From the NCBI RefSeq assembly GCF_003367075.2, contig NZ_CP065936.1, positions 3,510,001 to 3,542,000 of the forward strand: a DNA stretch of 32,000 nt. The letters are read 5' to 3'. This DNA is from Cylindrospermopsis raciborskii Cr2010 (GTDB lineage Bacteria; Cyanobacteriota; Cyanobacteriia; Cyanobacteriales; Nostocaceae). Below, in pieces: positions 8,607 through 16,296 of the stretch (positions are counted from its first letter, which is position 1; each line of letters starts with the position of its first letter). The translations under genes and the position numbers were made by a program. Below the pieces are notes generated by a model. The model was not told the origin of the DNA and ran no database searches. It saw only the letters and a list, made by a program, of their open reading frames with translations.

Positions 8607-11600
8607 TTAATATTTAGACAGGATGCCATCATCAGTTAAGGTGACGGAACGGCGTGTGCGCGACGCTTTGGGGATTTCTATTTCTGGTAGTGCAGGTGAT
8701 TCATCTCCTACTAAAAGTGCAATTTCTCCCGGGGTGCGATGAGTAAATAGCTCCGGTAAGGGAAATTCTGTGTCATATGTTTGACGCAAACTAATAGCTA
8801 ACTGGGTGACTAACAGAGAGTCTCCACCAATCTCAAAGAAATCATCATCCACCCCCACTCGTTCTAATTTTAACAGTGATGCCATCAAGGAGCAAATAGT
8901 TGCCTCGCGGTCATTCCTGGGAGCAATGTAATCCTTTTTGATTGAGTTCCAATTATGTACTGGCAGTGCAGCATAATCAACTTTGCCATTGATAGTTAAA
9001 GGTATGGTCTCTATTGGCACAAAAACTGATGGAACCATATAATCAGGCAGTTTAGTTTTTAAAAACTTTCCTAGGTCATTTTGGGGTTGTGCCACACCAC
9101 TAAATATCACGTAAGCAACTATGCGATTCTCACCGGTGGGAGACTTCTGGCATACTACTAGTGCTTGTTTGACATCAGGATGGCTAGTGATTACTAATTG
9201 AATCTCTTCCAGTTCAATCCGGAATCCACGTATTTTAATTTGTTGGTCAGCACGTCCGAGATATTGAATTTCTCCATCGGGTAAATATCTAGCTAGGTCT
9301 CCACTACGATATAACCGACTACCAGGTCTATGAGCATGGGGAATAAATCTTTGTGCGGTGAGTCCTGGTTGTTGAAGGTATCCCCTCGTCACCCCTGCAC
9401 CGCCAATATAAATTTCTCCTGTAACTCCTGTGGGTGTGGGATCTAAATTCTCATCCAAGATATAAAGCTCTAAATCGGGAATTGACTGACCAATGACACT
9501 GGGACGATGGTTAAGATTATTGATAATGTCTTTCTGGGTAATTGGTCTATAGGTGACGTGTACGGTGGTTTCTGTAATACCATACATGTTAATCAACTCT
9601 GGTTGGGTATGACCATATAAGTCAATCCAGGGTTGTAGGTCGGCTAATTCCAGGGCTTCACCACCAAAAATCACATAGCGTAAGGATAATTTTTCTGGCT
9701 TTTGGCGGACAACGGAAATAAGTTGTTTGAATGCTGAAGGTGTTTGATTCAATACTGTAACTCTGTGTGTTGCCAGCATTTGCAAAAACTCCTTGGGTGA
9801 GCGCACTGTCCAATGGGGAACAACTACAACTTGACCACCATATAATAAACCACCCCACATTTCCCACACGGAGAAATCGAAAGCATAGGAATGAAACAAA
9901 GTCCAGATATCTTCACTATCAAAGTTAAACCAGGTTTCAGTGCTGTTAAACAAACGTATTACGTTAGCATGGGTGACTATACAACCCTTGGGTTGACCTG
10001 TGGAACCGCTAGTATAAATTACATAGGCTGCATTTTGCGGCAGTATGTTAACTTCTGGAGCTTGGGAATTCTCCTGCTCTATTTCTTCAGCAATATCCTC
10101 CAGAATAATCATTTCAGCTCCACATTCTGGTAGTTGGGAAATCACTGATCTTTGAGTAATTAAAAGCATAATTCCACTATCTCGGAAGAGAAATTCCAGG
10201 CGATCGCTAGGATAAGCCGGATCAATAGGGACATAAGCACCACCAGCTTTCAAAATGCCCAATATGCTAATAATTAATTGTTCAGAACGCTCTAAACATA
10301 GGCCTACCAGTGTTTCCGGTCCTATCCCCTTGGCTTGTAGATAATGGGCCAGACGATTGGCTTGGATTTCCAATTCTCCAAAACTGAGACTGGTTTGTTG
10401 ATAGACTAGGGCTGTTTTATTAGCATGTTTGGCAACAGTTTGGTTAAAAGCAGAAACCAGAGTTTGGGAGGATACAAAGTCTTTCAGATTTTGATTAGCA
10501 CTTTGAATCAGGTGTTGACGCTCTTGGCTAGAAATGAGCGATCGCCTGTGATATGGTGTTTGGGGATTGGTAACCATATCAAACATAGCAGCTTGGTAAT
10601 AGTTGGCATACTGGTCAACTTGTGTGTCTGCAAATTGTTGGGTGTCGTAGATCAAATTCAGCTGTAGCGCTGCACTTCCAGGTACTAAACAAAATTCCGT
10701 TAAGAAGGGGAAATCTGTTTCCTCAAAAATATCCACATTTTCAACCTGAATTTGTGGCAAATTGAGCAGTCCTTCATAAACATGGAAATGAACATAGTTA
10801 AACCCCACGTCAAACAGAGGGCGCTGATCCAGAACCCGTTGAATTTCAGCGAGTGGGAATGTACGATGGGGAAGAATTTCCGTTTCCAAGCGGAAAACTG
10901 CTCGCACCAAGTCTAACCAGTTACCTTGCGGTAATTCTAAGCGGAAAGGTATAGTATTAACAAACAAGCCAAGTAAGTTTTCGCTACCACTAGTTTCCGG
11001 TCTAGCATTAATGACATTACCTGTAACTACCTGCTTTTGTCCAGTGATAAAGGAAAGAACCCGCAGATGCAAGGCTAGCAAAGATGTCTTTAAAGGAACA
11101 CCGAGATTTTTAGTAATTTGACGCAGCTTTTCTGCTAATTTTGTATCAACAAGAACAGACATACGTTTGAGCTGACGTTTTTGATGACTTGCTGCTGTAG
11201 TTTTTGCCGTATTTGTACTTAAGCGTGGCAGGAAAGTGACTTGTAAATTCCTGAGATGTTGTAACCAGAATTCACGTACTGTATGATTAGTAATTACGTT
11301 TTGTTCCTGGGCAATAAAATCCTTGTAACTAATTTGGGTTACTGGTAGTGGTGGCAAATTTTCTGTGGCCAAATATTCCACATAACGCCTTAATAATTGT
11401 GTTAATAAAGTTGCCACACTCCAACCATCCAGGATAACATGATGAAAACTAAAACTAAAACTCAGTTTCAGATCAGAAACTCTGTGAATTTGCAAGCGGA
11501 AAAGGGGTGCTTGAGTAATATCAAAATTGTGATTCTTTTCTAACTCAATCCATTCCCTAATTTGTTCATCAGCATTATCACAACCCCGCAAATCAACAAC

Positions 11601-14600
11601 ACTTAAAGGTAATTCCACCTGTTCATGCACCATTTGCAGTGGTTGACTATATCCTGTCCAGTGGAAGGAAGTCCTTAACACCGGATTAGCTGAACAAATA
11701 TCGGCAATTGCTTGCTTCCAAGCCAATTCTGAATAACCTATTTGCAGATCAAAAGTGAAAATCTGATGAAAAATTGCCGAATCAGGATCTAATTCACTAT
11801 GATATAGCATTCCACTCTGTAAACTAGAGAGGGGATAAGCATCTCCCACATCTTGTGGTAAAAGCAGTTTATCAGCATCAGAGACCAGAGCAGAACCTAT
11901 GTTAGGAAGTTTCTTAACCCCATCCCCAGATGTAATTATAGCTTTCTTGGTAGCCAAATAACGAACCGTTGCTAACTCATATAGTTCTCCAGCAGAGATT
12001 AAAAAACCCGCATTTTTGGCCCTAGCAACCACTTGTAAAGCCAAAATAGAATCCCCACCTATCTCAAAGAAATTATCATCAATGCCAACCTTTTGCAAGC
12101 CAAGAATTTCTGCCACTATTGTACACAATATTTCTTCATCCAGATTGCGAGGAGCGATGTAGTCTTCCTCTACCCTTAACAAATTCCAATCTGGCATGGG
12201 TAAGGCCTTAATATCAACCTTGCCATTGACATTCAAGGGAAGAACCTCTAGCTTAACATAAGCTGCGGGAATCATATAATCTGGCAACTTATTTTTCAGG
12301 TATTGACGCAATTCATGAGCAGTCGGTGAAGACTCATCTGGGACATAATAAGCAACTAAACGCTTTTCTTCCTCCCATTCATCCGTAATAACTACTGCTT
12401 CCCGTACTTGATAATGAGATATTAAAGCTGCTTGAATTTCTCCTAACTCAATGCGGAATCCGCGAATTTTGACTTGTTGGTCTATTCTGCCCAAATACTC
12501 TAAATCCCCATTAGGTAATCTCTTGGCCAAATCACCGCTACGGTACATTCTTCCACTCCCAAAGGGATTGGGCAAAAACCTTTCTGCTGTTAAAGCAGGA
12601 CGATTCAAATAACCATTAGTTACTCCCGCACCACCTACATAAATTTCTCCGGGAATTCCATCAGCTACAGGTGATAATTTCTCATCCAAGAGATATATAT
12701 GAAGATCGGCGATTTCCTTACCTATAAAACTTCCCCTAACTTTTAAATCCTGACGGGTAATAGGACGATAGGTAACATGAACGGTAGTTTCTGTAATACC
12801 ATACATGTTGATCAAGTAGGGTTTTTTATCCCCATACCTTTCCAACCAGGGTTGTAGGCTTTGTATATTTAAAGCTTCGCCACCAAACATTATATAGCGT
12901 AGATATATATCCTGTACGCTACTTTGATCTGCGTGAATCAACTGGTAAAAAGCTGAAGGTGTCTGATTGAGCACTGTTACCTTTTCGGTGCTGAGAAATT
13001 CTCGGAATTTTTCAGGATTTCTGCTTAACCAGAAAGGTACAACAATTACCTTGCCACCGTATAGTAAGGCACCCCATAATTCCCATACGGAAAAATCAAA
13101 AGCAAAGGAATGAAATAGAGTCCAAATATCTTTTTCATTAAATCCAAACCAAGGTTCTGTAGCACGCATTAGACGAATAGCATTTTTGTGAGTAACAACA
13201 CAACCCTTGGGAGTTCCCGTAGACCCACTAGTGTAAATAATATAAGCAGGAAAATCCGGCTTAATACTAATTATTGGTAATGTATTTGCCTGTTTAGCAA
13301 GTGCTAAATTGATTGATTCGATGGTAAGGGTACTGATATTTTCAGTGACTAATTCTGCTATTAGGGATGTTTCTGTAATTAGTGTTGTCATGCCACTATC
13401 TTGCACAATGAATTGGCGACGTACACTGGGAGCATGGGGATCAATGGGAACATAAGCTGATCCAGTTTTTATGATAGCCAAAATTGCAACTATTATCTGT
13501 TCAGAACGCTCCAAACAAATCCCCACCCGTGATCCTGGTTTTACCCCCTGACTAATTAAGTAATTGGCCAATCGATTGGCTTGATCATTTAATTCTGTGT
13601 AGCTAAGAAACTTTTTATAAAGTTCTCCATCAAATTGAACTGCTAGATTTTGTGGGTATTGAGAAACGACCTTTTCAAAAGCAGAAACCAGTGTTTCTGT
13701 ATCATCGGCAAAGAATTTTGTTGATGGAGAGTCCGGTTGGCTTATGTTTATAGTTTCTGAATCACAAATGGCAAGATCGCCAATCGAAATTTCCAAATTA
13801 GTAGCAGCTTGGGTAAACAAAGTTTCAAAACTTCTTACTATCTCCCCAACTGCTTCCCCATCTAAATAAGAAAGGTTATAGTCAAAGTCTATTTTTACAT
13901 CGTCAGTTTTTTCATATTCTCGCACGTAAATAATTAAGGGGACTTTTTGTTGCTGACTATAAAGAGGAACACATGTAGTTTTGGTATTAGGTAAACTGTC
14001 AGCATAGTCGTGCCTTTCATAAGAAAGAAAAACCTCAAATAAATGCTGCTTGCTGGTGGCTTTTAACCCAGAAAGCTGTTTCATTTCCGCTAAAGGAAAC
14101 TTTTGATGGCGATAGTCCTGACGTAATGAGTAACGAATCTTGTCTAATAATTGATGAATTGTGTTTTCTTGCTCGACTTCCAGTCTAAAGGGAATGGTAC
14201 TCACAAACATTCCAATGGCATCTTTAAAAATATTTTTACTGCGATTCAATAAAGATAAACCTACAACTACATCATTTTTTAGATAATGTTTACTTACGTA
14301 AATAGCAATTAAGCTTAAAATAAAATGAAACACATTTGATTTAACATTTTTACAAAGCTCATCAACTTGATCATACTGGTGACGAGGAATGTAAATAGAA
14401 TGCCTTTTTCCATCAAGTTCTTGTGGTTGTTTGATAGGGTGAAAAATCATCGGGGATAGATTATTGAGCCGTTGTTGCCAATAATGCCGATCCCGCATAA
14501 AAATATCCGATGCTAAATACTTTGTTTCCTCCTCTATATATTCTGTGATTACCCAGTCTCTTGTTTCTTGATCTTCCCTACCCTCTTGGAGGATTTGATT

Positions 14601-15068
14601 ATAAGTTTTAATAACTTCCCGAAAGAATATTGCTGCTCCCCAACCGTCCGTAATAACATGATGATACTTAGCGTAAACTATATGCTTATCATCACAAACC
14701 TTAATCAACTGAAAGTCAGCTAAGGTAGCATTTTCACCAAAAGTAAGGGGTTTGATGAATTCCTGGTTTATGTAATTTTCAGCCTGTTCATCACTGTTGT
14801 CATGACCAGAAAAGTCAATAAAGGGAATATGATTACTTGTATGACTTGCGATAGTTTGGAAAGGTTCGCCATCAACTTCATAAATTCTTGTTTTTAGTCC
14901 TGGATGGCAATCAATTGTTTTGCTCATCGCGTAATTAAGAATTTCCCGATCAAAAATCCCACGAACAGTCACAGTTGCGCCTATATGCATATGGCAACTA
15001 TTTGGGGACATGATTTGATCAACATAGATTTCTTTTTGATTTGTTGATAATGGTAATATCTGGTTCAC
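8607..15068 (-). CDS. Bimodular lipo-initiation NRPS: Cs(starter C) - A(Thr-like) - T - C(DCL-like) - A(Thr) - T.
   Basis: The ORF is 2153 aa with a GTG start at 15066-15068 and an AGGA 9 nt upstream. Motifs: HHVITDGW 14640-14663; TSGSTGTPKG 13203-13232; FDFSVWE 13080-13100; carrier Ser 12048-12050 (GGDSI); HHVILDGW 11421-11444; TSGSTGQPKG 9984-10013; FDFSVWE 9861-9881; carrier Ser 8817-8819 (GGDSL). Specificity codes are A1 DFWNMGMVHK and A2 DFWNIGMVHK. There is no TE or E domain. Confidence 0.95.
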   Translation of the reverse strand: MNQILPLSTNQKEIYVDQIMSPNSCHMHIGATVTVRGIFDREILNYAMSKTIDCHPGLKTRIYEVDGEPFQTIASHTSNHIPFIDFSGHDNSDEQAENYINQEFIKPLTFGENATLADFQLIKVCDDKHIVYAKYHHVITDGWGAAIFFREVIKTYNQILQEGREDQETRDWVITEYIEEETKYLASDIFMRDRHYWQQRLNNLSPMIFHPIKQPQELDGKRHSIYIPRHQYDQVDELCKNVKSNVFHFILSLIAIYVSKHYLKNDVVVGLSLLNRSKNIFKDAIGMFVSTIPFRLEVEQENTIHQLLDKIRYSLRQDYRHQKFPLAEMKQLSGLKATSKQHLFEVFLSYERHDYADSLPNTKTTCVPLYSQQQKVPLIIYVREYEKTDDVKIDFDYNLSYLDGEAVGEIVRSFETLFTQAATNLEISIGDLAICDSETINISQPDSPSTKFFADDTETLVSAFEKVVSQYPQNLAVQFDGELYKKFLSYTELNDQANRLANYLISQGVKPGSRVGICLERSEQIIVAILAIIKTGSAYVPIDPHAPSVRRQFIVQDSGMTTLITETSLIAELVTENISTLTIESINLALAKQANTLPIISIKPDFPAYIIYTSGSTGTPKGCVVTHKNAIRLMRATEPWFGFNEKDIWTLFHSFAFDFSVWELWGALLYGGKVIVVPFWLSRNPEKFREFLSTEKVTVLNQTPSAFYQLIHADQSSVQDIYLRYIMFGGEALNIQSLQPWLERYGDKKPYLINMYGITETTVHVTYRPITRQDLKVRGSFIGKEIADLHIYLLDEKLSPVADGIPGEIYVGGAGVTNGYLNRPALTAERFLPNPFGSGRMYRSGDLAKRLPNGDLEYLGRIDQQVKIRGFRIELGEIQAALISHYQVREAVVITDEWEEEKRLVAYYVPDESSPTAHELRQYLKNKLPDYMIPAAYVKLEVLPLNVNGKVDIKALPMPDWNLLRVEEDYIAPRNLDEEILCTIVAEILGLQKVGIDDNFFEIGGDSILALQVVARAKNAGFLISAGELYELATVRYLATKKAIITSGDGVKKLPNIGSALVSDADKLLLPQDVGDAYPLSSLQSGMLYHSELDPDSAIFHQIFTFDLQIGYSELAWKQAIADICSANPVLRTSFHWTGYSQPLQMVHEQVELPLSVVDLRGCDNADEQIREWIELEKNHNFDITQAPLFRLQIHRVSDLKLSFSFSFHHVILDGWSVATLLTQLLRRYVEYLATENLPPLPVTQISYKDFIAQEQNVITNHTVREFWLQHLRNLQVTFLPRLSTNTAKTTAASHQKRQLKRMSVLVDTKLAEKLRQITKNLGVPLKTSLLALHLRVLSFITGQKQVVTGNVINARPETSGSENLLGLFVNTIPFRLELPQGNWLDLVRAVFRLETEILPHRTFPLAEIQRVLDQRPLFDVGFNYVHFHVYEGLLNLPQIQVENVDIFEETDFPFLTEFCLVPGSAALQLNLIYDTQQFADTQVDQYANYYQAAMFDMVTNPQTPYHRRSLISSQERQHLIQSANQNLKDFVSSQTLVSAFNQTVAKHANKTALVYQQTSLSFGELEIQANRLAHYLQAKGIGPETLVGLCLERSEQLIISILGILKAGGAYVPIDPAYPSDRLEFLFRDSGIMLLITQRSVISQLPECGAEMIILEDIAEEIEQENSQAPEVNILPQNAAYVIYTSGSTGQPKGCIVTHANVIRLFNSTETWFNFDSEDIWTLFHSYAFDFSVWEMWGGLLYGGQVVVVPHWTVRSPKEFLQMLATHRVTVLNQTPSAFKQLISVVRQKPEKLSLRYVIFGGEALELADLQPWIDLYGHTQPELINMYGITETTVHVTYRPITQKDIINNLNHRPSVIGQSIPDLELYILDENLDPTPTGVTGEIYIGGAGVTRGYLQQPGLTAQRFIPHAHRPGSRLYRSGDLARYLPDGEIQYLGRADQQIKIRGFRIELEEIQLVITSHPDVKQALVVCQKSPTGENRIVAYVIFSGVAQPQNDLGKFLKTKLPDYMVPSVFVPIETIPLTINGKVDYAALPVHNWNSIKKDYIAPRNDREATICSLMASLLKLERVGVDDDFFEIGGDSLLVTQLAISLRQTYDTEFPLPELFTHRTPGEIALLVGDESPALPEIEIPKASRTRRSVTLTDDGILSKY
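10200..10207. repeat. HIP1 palindrome GCGATCGC.
   Basis: Exact octamer, within NRPS coding sequence. Confidence 0.9.
10538..10545. repeat. HIP1 palindrome GCGATCGC.
   Basis: Exact octamer, within NRPS coding sequence. Confidence 0.9.
10550..11845 (-). other. DCL-like condensation domain that has no upstream E domain; candidate dual E/C.
   Basis: The domain starts DAYPLSSLQSGMLYHSELDPDSAIFHQ and contains FHHVILDGWS. It closely parallels the true post-E C domain of the neighbouring gene (DIYPLSPLQQGMLFHAIYEPDQGIYFEQ ... HHIILDGWS). Only ~70 aa separate it from the preceding carrier Ser. Confidence 0.6.
13750..15068 (-). other. Starter-type condensation (Cs) domain, probably N-acylating the first Thr with a fatty acid.
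   Basis: This is the N-terminal C domain with nothing upstream of it. Its local motifs (GMFVSTIPFR, YRHQKFPLAEM, IDFDYNLSYL) resemble what I recall of the surfactin SrfAA lipo-initiation C domain (GMFVSTVPLR, LRHQKYPYNLL, IDFDYRTDLF). Boundaries are approximate. Confidence 0.6.
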
Positions 15069-15086
15069 AAATTTAGTTCCTGTAAT

Positions 15087-15104
15087 AGAGTTGTTGGAAA
15101 ATAA
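15087..15104. repeat. Left terminal inverted repeat of the IS.
   Basis: agagttgttggaaaataa matches the reverse complement of 16081-16098 at 16 of 18 positions. Confidence 0.7.
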
Positions 15105-15131
15105 GGGATAATAATCAAGCAGACAAGTAGG

Positions 15132-16036
15132 GTGACATTAATGTTGAACTTAGACCGCATCCTGAATCAAGAGCGACTGCTACGAGCAATGACTGGACTT
15201 AACCGCCAAGCATTCAACGAGCTGTTATCTCAGTTTGCTGATACCTATGAACGCACCGTGTTCAACTCCTTAGCAAACCGCAAACGTGCGCCCGGGGGCG
15301 GACGCAAGCCTACACTCAGAAGTATAGAGGAAAAACTATTTTATATCCTGCTGTACTGCAAATGTTATCCGACGTTTGACTTGCTGAGTGTGTTGTTCAA
15401 CTTTGACCGCTCCTGTGCTCATGATTGGGTACATCGACTACTGTCTGTGCTAGAAACCACTTTAGGAGAAAAGCAAGTTTTGCCAGCACGCAAACTCAGG
15501 AGCAGGAATTCACCAAAAGGTTTCCAGATGTGAAGGAGGTGATTGTGGATGGTACGGAGCGTCCAGTCCAGCGTCCTCAAAACCGAGAACGCCAAAAAGA
15601 GTATTACTCTGGCAAGAAAAAGCGGCATACATGCAAGCAGATTACAGTCAGCACAAGGGAGAAACGAGTGATTATTCTGACGAAAACCAGAGCAGGTAAA
15701 GTGCATGACAAACGGCTACTCCATGAATCAGAGATAGTGCAATACATTCCTGATGAAGTAGCAATAGAGGGAGATTTGGGTTTTCATGGGTTGGAGAAAG
15801 AATTTGTCAATGTCCATTTACCACACAAGAAACCGAAAGGTAAGGAGTTAACACAGCAGCAAAAGGAGGAGAATCGAGAACTCAGTCGTCAGCGAGTTGT
15901 GTGTGAGCACGCTCACTCTGGAATTAAGAGATATAACTGTGTACATTCTGTATATAGGAATCGTGTGACCGATTTTGATGATCAATTGATGTTGGTCAGT
16001 GCAGGGCTATGGAACTTCTATTTAGATGCAGCATAA
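15132..16036 (+). pseudogene. DDE transposase split by a frameshift (N-terminal HTH part plus C-terminal DDE part).
   Basis: ORF 15132-15533 (...GGGRKPTLRSIEEKLFYILLYCKCYPTFDLL...EKQVLPARKL) and ORF 15425-16036 (...EFTKRFPDVKEVIVDGTERPVQRP...YSGKKKRHTCK...) are the two halves of one transposase in frames 0 and -1. Family-like sequence switches frame between ~15495 and ~15508, consistent with a 1-nt deletion. Confidence 0.8.
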
Positions 16037-16080
16037 ATTCAATCGGGATGGGGGAAGTTCTGTCATCCGGAAATATGCTT

Positions 16081-16098
16081 TTATTTCCCAACAGCTCT
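16081..16098. repeat. Right terminal inverted repeat of the IS.
   Basis: The reverse complement of ttatttcccaacagctct is agagctgttgggaaataa, which pairs with 15087-15104. Confidence 0.7.
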
Positions 16099-16296
16099 CT
16101 TCAACTAAAACAAGATCTAACAGCGATAAGATAATACAAAGCTTATGTTGCAAACTATAATAAAAACTTATCATTCTTTTTTTTAAGTTTTTCAGGTGAA
16201 TTTTTGGAAAACTATTGACACAATTGGCATTATGTGAGACTGTTTTGTGGGATTCATTTTATTGACAGCCAACAGGCAAATATAGACAGAGTTAAT

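Larger units (their letters stand above)
15087..16098 (+). mobile_element. Insertion sequence (~1.0 kb) with a DDE_Tnp_4 / PIF-Harbinger-like (IS5-superfamily) transposase, in the divergent NRPS intergenic region.
   Basis: Imperfect terminal inverted repeats bracket a transposase reading frame: agagttgttggaaaataa at 15087-15104 versus the reverse complement of 16081-16098, agagctgttgggaaataa (16/18 match). The interior is visibly more GC-rich than the flanks. An outer 7-bp inverted match (15072-15078 / 16103-16109) leaves the true ends uncertain by ~15 bp. I could not identify a clean target-site duplication. Confidence 0.8.

Noticed and set aside
9658-10667. Track ORFs 9658-9867 (-), 9891-10133 (+) and 10425-10667 (+).
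   Set aside because: They are embedded in the 2153-aa NRPS coding sequence in other frames or on the other strand, and are shadow ORFs.
15513-15520. The A-run (ccaaaagg) as a possible programmed -1 frameshift site joining the two transposase ORFs.
   Set aside because: Family-like sequence in the second frame (EFTKRFPDV) already starts upstream of this A-run, at about 15506. The sequence is not a canonical X XXY YYZ heptamer, and this transposase type is normally a single ORF. A mutational 1-nt deletion near 15495-15508 is the simpler explanation.
15419-15706. A 95-aa minus-strand ORF inside the IS.
   Set aside because: It is antisense to the transposase, whose two halves have clear family motifs. 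This ORF has none.
15072-16109. Target-site duplication flanking the IS.
   Set aside because: I tried the ends at 15085, 15087 and 15072 paired with 16100, 16098 and 16109. None gives matching 2-4 bp direct repeats. The outer 7-bp inverted match (tttagtt/aactaaa) is AT-rich and could be chance, so the boundaries are left approximate.
16234-16296. GTG 16234 as the start of the terminal NRPS (track coordinates).
   Set aside because: The extra 21 residues (MRLFCGIHFIDSQQANIDRVN) are not docking-domain or C-domain like. ATG 16297 gives a typical acidic N-terminal extension. This cannot be proven from sequence alone.
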